From the NCBI GenBank assembly GCA_963749075.1, contig CAVVLJ010000020.1:672001-736000 (forward strand): 64,000 nucleotides of DNA. The letters are read 5' to 3'. Positions 11,742-20,947 of this stretch are shown piece after piece (the first letter of the stretch is position 1; every line of letters begins with the position of its first letter). Made by a program: the position numbers and the translations under genes. The notes below the pieces were generated by a model. The model made no database searches. It saw nothing but the letters and a program-made list of their open reading frames with translations, and had not been told where the DNA came from. The DNA comes from an uncultured Pseudomonadota bacterium. Lineage in GTDB: Bacteria; Pseudomonadota; Alphaproteobacteria; JACZXZ01.

Positions 11742-12521
11742 ATGTCCGAGCTCGTCCTCGTCCAGCGCCAGGCCGACATCGCGACCGTCGTCCTCAACCG
11801 CCCCGAGAAGCTCAACGCGCTCAACAAGGCGCTGTGGCAGGGCGTGGGCGAGGCGATGGCGGCGCTCGAGGGCGACGACGGCGTGCGCGCCATCGTGCTG
11901 CGCGGCGCCGGCGACAAGGCCTTCGCTCCGGGTGCCGACATTGCCGAGTTCGCGAGCGAGCGCTCGAACGTCGAGGAGGCGCGCCGCTACGGCGCCGTCA
12001 TGCACGAGACCATGGGCCGCATCGCCAACTGCCGGCACCCGACGATCGCGCTGATCAAGGGCGTCTGCGTGGGCGGCGGCCTCGAGCTCGCCATCATGTG
12101 CGACCTCCGGATCTGCGGCCAATCGAGCCGCTTCGGCGTGCCGATCAACCGCCTCGGCGTGATCATGGCCTATCCCGAGATCACGGCGCTCATCGACCTC
12201 GTGGGGCGCGCGACGACGCTCGAGATCCTGCTCGAGGGCCGCGTCTTCGGCGCCGAGGAGGCTAAGGAGAAGGGCCTCGTCACGCGCGTCGCCCCCGACG
12301 ACAAGGTGGAGGAGGAGGCCTACGCCAGCGCCAGGCGCATCGCCGACGGCGCCCCGCTCTCGAACCGCTACCACAAGAAGTTCGCGCGCCGCCTCCTCGA
12401 CCCGCGGCCGCTCTCGCCCGAGGAGTTCGCCGAGGGCTTCGCGACGGCGGGCAGCGAGGACTACCAGGAGGGCATCCGCGCCTTCATCGCCAAGCGCAAG
12501 CCCGCGTTCCGCGGCGTCTGA
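11742..12521 (+). CDS. Enoyl-CoA hydratase/isomerase family protein
   Basis: LNRPEKLNAL, AFAPGADI, GGGLELA..CDLR, EDYQEGIRAF..KRKP. Confidence 0.9.
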   Translation: MSELVLVQRQADIATVVLNRPEKLNALNKALWQGVGEAMAALEGDDGVRAIVLRGAGDKAFAPGADIAEFASERSNVEEARRYGAVMHETMGRIANCRHPTIALIKGVCVGGGLELAIMCDLRICGQSSRFGVPINRLGVIMAYPEITALIDLVGRATTLEILLEGRVFGAEEAKEKGLVTRVAPDDKVEEEAYASARRIADGAPLSNRYHKKFARRLLDPRPLSPEEFAEGFATAGSEDYQEGIRAFIAKRKPAFRGV

Positions 12522-12545
12522 GACCCGCCTCCGGCGCCGGCACCT

Positions 12546-13049
12546 TCAGGGGATGACCCCGCAGGCCTGCCGCTCGCCCCCGCGGCTCTTTGCGACGACG
12601 AGCGCGCGGCCCTTGATCTCGGCGAGCTTGAGGTTGGGGATGGTCGCGGTGGTGCGCGCGATGCCGTCGTTGCCGACCGCGAGCGCCACCGGCTCGACGG
12701 CACCTCGCGCGGCCGCCCCGCCCTTGGAGGCGGCGGCGGGCGGCGGCACGAAGGTGCTGCCCGCCGCACCGCCCGCCACCTTGTTGCCGTCGAGCACGCC
12801 GGGAGCGCAATCGCCATGCTCGTAGATGCCGATGACGTGGCTGCCGGACGGCAGGCTCCTGAGCAGCGGGCTCAGCTTGAGGTCCTCTCCGCTGTCGGCG
12901 GCGAGAACGGTGCCGATGCCCGGGCCCAAGCCGTCTTGTGTCAGGAGGTTGATGCGGACGCGCGCCTCGTCGGCCGCGGCGGCGCTGCCGAGAAGGAGGG
13001 CGGCCGAGAGGGCAGCGGCCGGGACGAGTGCCGCCGTCAGCGCGCGCAT
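12546..13049 (-). CDS. Secreted Cu/Zn superoxide dismutase-fold protein lacking metal ligands
   Basis: Signal peptide; LPSGSH..GDC, DG.A....PNLKL.EIKGRALV and GGERQACGVI match the SodC scaffold, but His ligands are absent. Confidence 0.75.
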   Translation of the reverse strand: MRALTAALVPAAALSAALLLGSAAAADEARVRINLLTQDGLGPGIGTVLAADSGEDLKLSPLLRSLPSGSHVIGIYEHGDCAPGVLDGNKVAGGAAGSTFVPPPAAASKGGAAARGAVEPVALAVGNDGIARTTATIPNLKLAEIKGRALVVAKSRGGERQACGVIP

Positions 13050-13170
13050 GGCCGTTCCCCGCTCGCCTGCGCCTGCACCGGGTGCCGGCGGCGGCGATGG
13101 GATCGGTTGATTCTTTGCCCCCGGGCCGTCATAGTGTCGCGCAATTGCAAGGCAGGGGGACAATCGTAAC

Positions 13171-13756
13171 ATGCGGTGCCGTTGGCTGGGCGTGGCGGTC
13201 GCCGCGCTCCTTTCCGTGGGCGCGTTGCCCGGCTCGGCCCGAGCGGACGGGCTCACCTTCTTCGATCGCGGGCCGGTGCCCGCGCTGCTCGAATTCAGCA
13301 CCGGCGGCTTCGCGGTGCCCGACAACAACGGGCAGGACACCACGGTGCTCTTCCAGCTCGACGCCATTCCACGCTGGTCGATCGTCGATTTCTGGGGCTA
13401 TTTCATCGTCAACCCCTACATCGGCGGTTTCGTGACCGGCAAGGGCGCCGGCATGGGCTACGGCGGCATCCACGGCACGGTGCCCATCGGCTCGCATTTC
13501 GAGGCGGATCCCTACTTTGCGGTCGGCGGCTACAGCCGCGGCGGCGGCCGCGACATGGGGAGCAGCTCGCTCTTCCAGACCGGCTTGCAGCTGCTCTACG
13601 TGTTCGACAACGGATCGCGCGCCGGCTTCACCTTCAGCCACGAGTTCGAACGGCTCCCTGCTGCCTCGCGAGCGCACCGGCTGCGTCTGCAACCCTGGCG
13701 CCAACAACTTCCTTCTCACCGTCGCGGTGCCGCTCAAGAAGATGTTCGACTTCTAG
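13171..13756 (+). CDS. PagL/acyloxyacyl hydrolase-like outer-membrane beta-barrel (+1 frameshift near 13645)
   Basis: Signal peptide, alternating beta strands; removing one T from GAGTTC restores H-E-S-N...NPGAN and a terminal Phe. Confidence 0.7.
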
Positions 13757-13768
13757 CCGCCCGCCGCC

Positions 13769-14381
13769 TCAGCCTGCGAGATCGTCGGTCTTCTTGCGGA
13801 TCGCCGAGATGAGGGCGTCGACCCCCTTGTCGCGGATGACGGAGGTGTATTCCGAGCGCCGCGTGGCGAGCTGGGAGATCGAGCCGTCGAGAAAGACGTT
13901 CGATCACCTGGTAATTGCTGTCGCCGTCGGCGCGCAGAAGATAGTCGATGGGAACCTTGTCGCCGTCGGACTTGACGATCGCGGTATAGACGATGATGTC
14001 CTTGCGCGGCGTCTCCTTGATGCCGCTGGTGACGAACTTCTCGCCCTCGTAGCCGGGGAAGTTGTGCGCGTAGTTCGCGACGGTGAAGTTGCGGAAGGCG
14101 TCGACCAGCGCCGTGCGCTGAGCGGCCGTCATCGAGTCCCAGTAGGAGCCGACGCTCGTCTGCGCCATCAGCGCCACGTTGAAGGTCTTCTCCACCCACG
14201 GCTTGAGGAGCTCGTAGCGGCCCTTGTAGCCGAGCCTGGCGCCGTTCTGCATGGCGTTCATGAGCTGCGCGTAATAGCTCTCGATCACCTGCTTCGGTGC
14301 ATCGGGGGCGGCCGCGGCCGCGGCGGAGAGCGTGGCGGCCACGGCGAGGGCGGCCAGGAGAGCTTTCAGGCGCTGCAGCAT
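13769..14381 (-). CDS. hpnM: HpnM/MlaC (Ttg2D)-like periplasmic lipid-binding protein (+1 frameshift near 13900)
   Basis: Signal peptide; F...TVANYAHNF; repaired C-terminus VIDVFLDGSISQLATRRSEYTSVI; divergent from hpnN. Confidence 0.8.
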
Positions 14382-14670
14382 CGGAATCCCAAGGTTGTTC
14401 GCAAGACGACGCCGCATCGTGCGGATGCCGCTCATTCCTCAAATTAAGGACTCGATGGCGCGGCGGCAATAGGGTCTCCTGCGCGGCGCGCTGCGTCAAG
14501 CCCGCTCAACCTGCGGCGGCAAGCGGCTTCCGCCGATTCGGCGCGTGCCGCATCCGGGCACCGACGTTCGCCATTTGTCCGCACGGCCGCGCGGCGCGGA
14601 ACTCGGCGCCGCGCGCGCCCGCGGCGCGTTCCGCAGCGCCTCGGCGGCGGCGCCCCGCGGCAATATTGGG

Positions 14671-14699
14671 CTTGTGGATCGCGGCGCGCGCCGTTATAT
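14671..14699 (+). promoter_or_regulatory. Putative sigma70-type promoter of hpnN copy 1
   Basis: CTTGTG-N17-TTATAT, similar to the alphaproteobacterial CTTGAC-N17-CTATAT consensus; conserved upstream of copy 2. Confidence 0.55.
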
Positions 14700-14770
14700 C
14701 CAGTGGCTCGCGGGCAGGGCACGCTTGGCGTTCGCGCCGCATTCGGCCGCTCGGGTCCGATTCCTCCAAC

Positions 14771-17484
14771 ATGCGAGTCGCAACACCAGTGCACGCCGAA
14801 GTCCCGGAGCAGCGTCCCAGGCGAATGGCGATATTGCCCGGGCGGTGGTACCGCCTGAGGACGGCCATGGTCGCCATGGCGCTCTGCTGGTGGGTGGAGC
14901 GCGTGCGGCGTCTGGCCTGGCCGGTCGTCATCGGCTCCGTTTTGCTTGCGCTTGCGGGCGGCGTCTACACCGCCAGCCATCTCCGCATGAACACCGACAT
15001 CGACGCCCTGTTGTCCCCCGATCTGCCCTACCGCAAGATATTCAAGGCCTTCGAGGAGGATTTCCCGCAGATGCGCGGGAATCTCGTGGTCGTCGTCGAG
15101 AGCGACGGCGCCGAGCGCGCGGAGAGCGCGGCCAAGGCGCTCGCCGCCAAGTTCGCGGCCGACCACGCGCTCTTCGAGGACGTCTTCTATCCGATGGGCG
15201 ACCCCTTCTTCCACCGCGAGGGTCTGCTTTACCTCAAGTCCGACGAGCTGCAGCAGTTCGCCGACCGCATCGTCCAGGCCAAGCCGCTGCTCGTCACCTT
15301 CGCCTTGGACCGCAGCCTGCGCGGCTTCTTCGGCGCGCTCGGCGACGTGGCCGAGGGCGTCAAGCTCGGCAAGCTCGATCCGGCGCTGCTCGCGCACCCG
15401 CTCGGCGCGATCGCCCAGACGGTGGAGGGGCAGATCGACGGCAAGTCGGATCCCTTGAGCTGGCGCGATCTCGTGGCCGCGTCGCCCGGCAAAGCCTCGG
15501 ATCGGCGCCAGATCATTCAGCTCAAGCTCCACATCGACCCGCAGTCCTTGTCGCCGGCCGTGACCGCGATCAAGGCCGTGCGCGCCACAGCGGCGGAGCT
15601 GGGCCTCGATCCGGCGCACGGCGTGCGCGTGCGCATCACCGGCTCGCCGGCGCTCGACGAGGACGATCTCAAGACCGTGAGGGACGGCGTCGGGCTGGCG
15701 AGCGCGGTCTCGCTCGTGCTCGTCTCGATCATCGTGTTCCTCGGCCTGCGCTCGCCCCGGCTCGTCTTCGCGACCCTCGCAACGCTCGTGCTGAGCCTGG
15801 TGTGGACCGCCGCCTACGCGACGCTCGCGGTCGGCTACCTCAACATGATCTCGGTCGCCTTCGCCGTGCTCTTCATCGGCCTCGCGGTCGATTTCAGCAT
15901 CCAGTTCGGGCTGCGCTACAAGGAGAGCGTCGACCGCGGCTCGCCGACCCAGGCGGCGCTCAGGGAGGCGGCGGGCGGCACCGGCGTCGCCGTGACGCTT
16001 GCCGCGGTGTGCGCCGCGATCGGCTTCTTCGCTTTCGTGCCGACCGACTACATCGGCCTCTCGCAGCTCGGCATCATCGCGGGCGGCGGCATGTTCATCG
16101 GGCTCTTCGCCACCCTCACGCTGCTGCCGGCGATCCTCACGCTCCTGCCGGTGAAGCCGAGCCGGCGCGCGGTCGAGAACAGGAAGGGCTATGCCGCGGC
16201 GAGGCTGCTCGAGCGCCATGCCCGCGCGGCGTGCCTGGGGGCGCTCGCCGTGGGCCTCGTGGCGCTCACATCCTTCCCGTGGGTGCGCTTCGATATCGAT
16301 CCCATCAACCTCAAGAGCCCCGACAGCGAGTCCGTCCAGGTCTTTCGCGACATGACCAAGGATTCGCGCACCTCGCCCTACTCGATCAGCATCGTGACGC
16401 CCAATCTGGGGGCGGCCGATGCGCTGGCCAAGCGGCTCGACAAGCTGCCCGAGGTCGCCGGAACCGTAACCCTCAGCTCCTTCCTGCCCTCGGACGAGGA
16501 GGCCAAGCTGCCCGTCATCCGGCGCATGGCGGCTTCCGTGCTGCCCATCCTGCAGGCACCCGAGCGCCGCAGTCCGCCGAGCGGCGAGCGCCGCCGCGAC
16601 GCGACGGAGGAGGCGGGCACCATGCTCACCGGCTTGGCGAACCTGCCCAACGCCGGCGCCGCCGCGGCACCGGCGCGGCACTTGGCCGAGGTTCTCGCCC
16701 GCTTCAACGAGGGCCCGGGCAGAATCTCGATAGCTATGGCGGCCTCGAGAAGGCGCTCGTCGCGAGCCTGTCGGGCGAGCTCGACGGCATGGCCGGCCTG
16801 CTGCAGCCGGCGGCCGTGACGGCGGCGGAGCTGCCGGCCAACATCCGGGCGCGCTACGTGGCGGACTCCGGCCGCGCGCGCATCCAGGTGTTCCCCGCGG
16901 AGACGCTCAACAACGAGCGCGCGCTCAGCCGCTTCGTCACGGCGGTGCGCGCCGTGGCGCCCGATGCCACCGATTCGCCGGTCGAGCTCTACGAGGGCGG
17001 CCGGATGGTGGTCGGCGCCTTCGTCGAGGCGGGCGTGATCGCGCTCGTCGCCATCAGCCTGGTCCTCGTCCTCGTGCTGCGCAGCCTGCTCGATTCGCTC
17101 CTCGTGCTGCTGCCCTTGACGCTGGCCGCGGTGCTCACGGTGGCGGTCGTCGTGGTGACGGGGCATTCCTTCAATTTCGCGAATATCATAGCGCTTCCGC
17201 TGCTCTTCAGCTTAGGCGTCGCCTTCGGCATCTATTTCGTGATGCGCCACCGCGAGACCCCGGGACTGGTGGACCTCATGCACACCAGCACGCCCAGGGC
17301 CATTCTGTTCTCGGCGCTGACCACGATGGTGGCGTTCTCGAGCCTCATGCTGTCGAGCCACCGCGGCACGGCGAGCATGGGCTTTCTCCTCGGCGTCTGC
17401 TTGACCCTCGCACTCGTCTGCACGCTCACCGTTCTTCCAGCACTCCTCACCTGGCGCGCGCAGCGCCGCGGGGCGCGGCGCTAG
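14771..17484 (+). CDS. hpnN: Hopanoid RND/MMPL transporter HpnN, copy 1 (one base missing near 16720)
   Basis: FFHREGLLYL, LNMISVAFAVLFIGLAVDFSIQF, NFANIIALPLL, SSHRGTASMG; two frames join near 16720; colinear with copy 2. Confidence 0.88.
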
Positions 17485-17672
17485 CTTGGATTTCCACGGA
17501 ACACGGTTTGCCTAACGGCTCGCTTCATTCAATAAAATTGCCAGAGGCATTTTGTGCTGTGTGTGAACCTACGTTGGGCGACCATCGAAGACCGCCCCGG
17601 TCCGGTCTGCCAGCTCAAATCTCGAATGGAATGTCACCGTACCGCCGGCCGCGATCGGCGGTTTCGGCGCGG

Positions 17673-18608
17673 TTACCGGCTATTAGCAATGAGAGCTGGG
17701 AGTCGTCTGACGGCGACGCCGAAGGTTAGCAGATCGTAGCTGTTGCAGAAGCTCTCGAAGCGGAACTCCCAGACCTCACCATTCGCGTCCTGGAGCGGGT
17801 GGCTCGCATCGCCAGTCGGGCCCTTTGAGCGGAAGTCAACGTAGGAACGTACTATGCGGTAGATATCTGCTCCTAACAGATGCGGGAAAGCTCGTCGGAA
17901 TCCACGCGATCGGATGAAGTGTCGGCAGTTCCCTCCATCCGATGCTCCACCGATATGCGGATGGCGCGGATGACGGCTAATAAGCCCCACGACCGGGTGA
18001 TCTGGCTCGCGCTCCTCGATCATATGCCAGAGCGTGGTCGTGATTGTGTTGCCATAGCGCTTCTTGAGCTCATGAATTGCAGTCCAACTTAGCTCGCCAT
18101 CACGCGCCTCATTCGCGAATTTGTCCAAGAGGAACAGGAGCTGACCAGCGCCGTAATTCGCTTCGGCCTCGATGACCATGTGACATGCTGGGTCGAGTGT
18201 TAGCTCGTTGTCGCCCCGCAGGAAATCGCGGTGCCATGGCGTGATGTCATGCGTGATCTCATGGGCCTCGATATGCCGTTGCTTGGGTGTCGGCACATCA
18301 TCATCGATCAAAATCCGCCGGTCCTCTTTGAACAGGAGCGCCCGAAGCCCGGCCTTCTGTATCACCTCGATCATTCGGGTTGGTTTTCGAATCAGGCGTT
18401 TCCCACCGACCCTTAGTCGATGGGACACCTCGTCAAACAGTGATAGATCGGTCTTGCTGTAGTAGCCGAGATCCAGCTTCAGAAGCTCGCGAACTTCTCC
18501 GAGGAGCAATGGCGGTTCTGGCTGGCCGAGATCGCGCAAGATGCGTGCAATTTGCCGCCGAATGTCCTCAGCTGAATATTCGTCGATTTCCGGATCCTCA
18601 ATCGGCAT
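17673..18608 (-). CDS. ImmA/IrrE (CapP-like) zinc metallopeptidase
   Basis: R.R...AHEITH (HExxH) followed by EAEANYGAGQLL; overlaps the HTH gene stop. Confidence 0.85.
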   Translation of the reverse strand: MPIEDPEIDEYSAEDIRRQIARILRDLGQPEPPLLLGEVRELLKLDLGYYSKTDLSLFDEVSHRLRVGGKRLIRKPTRMIEVIQKAGLRALLFKEDRRILIDDDVPTPKQRHIEAHEITHDITPWHRDFLRGDNELTLDPACHMVIEAEANYGAGQLLFLLDKFANEARDGELSWTAIHELKKRYGNTITTTLWHMIEEREPDHPVVGLISRHPRHPHIGGASDGGNCRHFIRSRGFRRAFPHLLGADIYRIVRSYVDFRSKGPTGDASHPLQDANGEVWEFRFESFCNSYDLLTFGVAVRRLPALIANSR

Positions 18609-19143
18609 TCTTCTTCCAATGCTCCTTGTATTCGCTAAGCAACTTGATGAATTCGTTCAGGCGTTTCCGCTCATCTCGGCTTAGCTTCGATAAGTCGTCC
18701 GAGCTGGCAGCAAACCGGACCGCCGCCTTCTCAAGATTTTGGTCACGCTCGGCAGCTGCTGGTGAGAGAACGAGAAGTGCCCGTGGCGGCAATTTGAAAT
18801 GAACGGCGAGCTGGTAAATCGTCCGCGGTCTCGGGACGATACTGCCGTCTTGCTCGAGCGCGCGTAGTTCTCCTTCGGGTACGCGGACGACCGCAGCAAG
18901 TTGCGCGATATTCAGATTGTCTCGCCGACGCAACTGCCGAAGCAAAATGCCGAGCAGCACTGCCGGCTGCGCGCTGCTAGCTGGCGCTTTCGCTCTAGGG
19001 CTAGGCGGGGTGCGCGGGGTCTTTTCGGAAACAAAGGCCTGTAGGACTTCAGCCTTTGTGATAGGTAGACCGGCGTCGGTATCCAGGTCGGCGTCACGCT
19101 CGATCCGGCTCCGCAGCCATTTGTTTGTGATTCTCATGATCAT
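18598..19143 (-). CDS. XRE-family HTH regulator with N-terminal extension
   Basis: LG.LLRQLRRRDNLNIAQLA...ELRALEQ..P....YQLA..F; paired with the peptidase. Confidence 0.8.
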   Translation of the reverse strand: MIMRITNKWLRSRIERDADLDTDAGLPITKAEVLQAFVSEKTPRTPPSPRAKAPASSAQPAVLLGILLRQLRRRDNLNIAQLAAVVRVPEGELRALEQDGSIVPRPRTIYQLAVHFKLPPRALLVLSPAAAERDQNLEKAAVRFAASSDDLSKLSRDERKRLNEFIKLLSEYKEHWKKNAD

Positions 19144-19153
19144 GTCGTGTTCC

Positions 19154-19787
19154 TCAGCTTTCCGGCGTTTCCAGAAAGGTCGCGGCCTGGTTTGACGAAA
19201 GCTCGAAGTAGCATAATCCATAGCATTGCTGGTCGGAGCCGAAGTCGGTCAACTCCATAACGTCGCGGTAGAATCCCTCCGCGTTCGGCAGGGCATGGAG
19301 ACCGATGCGGCCCTCCAAGCCCTCGTCGAGGCTGAGGTTTACGGCCGCGGCGAAGAGTAGCTGACCTACGCCCTTGTATTTCGGATCGGTAACGAACCGT
19401 GGTCGATTCCAAGGCGCCGTTGCCAGCCGGTCTATGTAGACGCAGGTCCGCGCGCGGGTGGTCAGAGTGACGACTGAATTTTCCACCTTTGCGGACCAGC
19501 ATGAGCCCTTGCGTAAGATCAGCGCACTCGACGCTGTACATCTGAAACAGGAGCGGATTCCGGTAGATTTCGGCCAACCGCCGCCAATCCCAGTGCGCAT
19601 CTTCAGCATTCGCTGCCACGCGCTCAACGGCCGAGGCATTGGCTGGCAATCTGGCTGCGAAAGCGGGTTGCCAGTCACGCTCAAAATCGAGGAGATTCTT
19701 TGCGTCGATCCCATCGAAGAGCATGGCCTCCTCGTACCGCCGGGTTTGACGGTTTAGCAGGTCAAAGGCGCCAAGCCGCGTCTTCAT
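19154..19787 (-). CDS. GNAT-fold acetyltransferase, probable toxin (+1 frameshift near 19445)
   Basis: VYIDRLATAPWNR, KYKGVGQLL acetyl-CoA-binding motif, LHALPNAEGFY; N- and C-terminal halves in adjacent frames. Confidence 0.75.
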
Positions 19788-19996
19788 AGGACCATCAGCT
19801 CAGCTTTTTCTTTGCTCTTGGGGTCCTCGATGAAAACCTTGTCGCCACGCTCTAAACGCTCGTCAACCGACTGATAGAGACGCAACGCCTGACGCAGCAA
19901 CACGGTCTTCGATAGACCCTTGCGAATGCAGAGGGCCTCCAGTGCGTTCATCTCGGCATCGCTCAGATTGAGCGTCATGGTCCGCTTTTCGGTCAC
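19784..19996 (-). CDS. Ribbon-helix-helix (CopG-like) protein, probable antitoxin/repressor
   Basis: MTLNLS.AEM.ALE.L....GLSKT.LLRQAL; GGAGGAG RBS before GTG; ATGA overlap with the GNAT gene. Confidence 0.8.
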   Translation of the reverse strand: MTEKRTMTLNLSDAEMNALEALCIRKGLSKTVLLRQALRLYQSVDERLERGDKVFIEDPKSKEKAELMVL

Positions 19997-20021
19997 GGGG
20001 CTTCTCCTCCAGGCCAACGAT

Positions 20022-20095
20022 ATATAGGCGTCGGCATGGATTTTGTCAACATAATTTAGCCGTTGACTAGCTAAAAAATAGCTGTATTTTAGCTA
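20022..20095. promoter_or_regulatory. Divergent promoter region with two inverted repeats
   Basis: Minus strand GTTGAC-N17-CTATAT (20050-20022); plus strand TTGACT-N16-TATTTT (20063-20090); IRs GTCAAC-N11-GTTGAC and TAGCTAAAA-N10-TTTTAGCTA. Confidence 0.65.
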
Positions 20096-20161
20096 TCTAG
20101 CAGTGACCTGCGCCGCTCGGACCATCCGTGCCGGCCGCACACCCTACAGAGGAACAGGCAA

Positions 20162-20947
20162 ATGGAACCGCAGAATCAACCAAACCCAGAGCAAGTTGAT
20201 ACGGACGTACAGAAAGCGGCGGCGGACGTGAAGCAGGCCGTAGCGGAACTCGAGCGAGCCGAGCACGATCTGGAGCGGGCGGAATCCGAACTCCAGGAAG
20301 CCGAGGCGCATCATCACGCAATTCACTTCACCGTCGACGGCGAACCTTGCGAGACGGAGAAACGCGAGATGACGCCGAACGAGATCATTCGAGAGTTCGG
20401 CAACGGTCAAGACGCAACAACCCACTATCTCATTCAGCTCAAAGGGCACGAGAAGATCAGTTACCAGGGCAAAGGCAACGAGCCGGTCAAGCTGCACGAC
20501 GGCATGCAGTTCCAGATCGTCTCGCTAGGGCCGACGCCGGTCTCGGACGGCCCGATTGTGCGGGGGGTTCCGGCCTTCGTCGAGGGCTTGCGCGGACTCG
20601 GCTACGCGTCCGTCGCACTGCCGGGCAAGCCGGACCATGTTGTGATCGACTACTCGGTGCCGGTCGGCCGTTTCGCCGGCCAGCAGATGCGCCTGGGATT
20701 CATCGTGCCGCCCGACTTCCCCGAGATCCCCCCGAGCGGCCCACACGTCTCGCCGCACATCCACCCGATCAAGACCGATGGTGGCCACCCGAACGGTGCG
20801 GTGCACCGATCGCACTCAGAGCCCTTTGAGCGCGGGCTAGGGGGCCTTTGGCAGTATTGGTCGCGCCCTTTGAAGGACTGGGTGAAGGGCAAGAAGACCG
20901 TCGCCGCCTACATGAGCCACATCTGGCGCTTGTGGGCCACGCAATGA
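20162..20947 (+). CDS. Coiled-coil + ubiquitin-like (beta-grasp) + prokaryotic E2-like fusion
   Basis: Heptad segment aa ~12-49; IHFTVDG..MTPNEII..YLIQ..VKLHDGMQF Ubl pattern ending GPTPVSDG; E2-like IDYSVP.G..VPPDFPEIPP..WQYWSR with no Cys. Confidence 0.78.
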   Translation: MEPQNQPNPEQVDTDVQKAAADVKQAVAELERAEHDLERAESELQEAEAHHHAIHFTVDGEPCETEKREMTPNEIIREFGNGQDATTHYLIQLKGHEKISYQGKGNEPVKLHDGMQFQIVSLGPTPVSDGPIVRGVPAFVEGLRGLGYASVALPGKPDHVVIDYSVPVGRFAGQQMRLGFIVPPDFPEIPPSGPHVSPHIHPIKTDGGHPNGAVHRSHSEPFERGLGGLWQYWSRPLKDWVKGKKTVAAYMSHIWRLWATQ

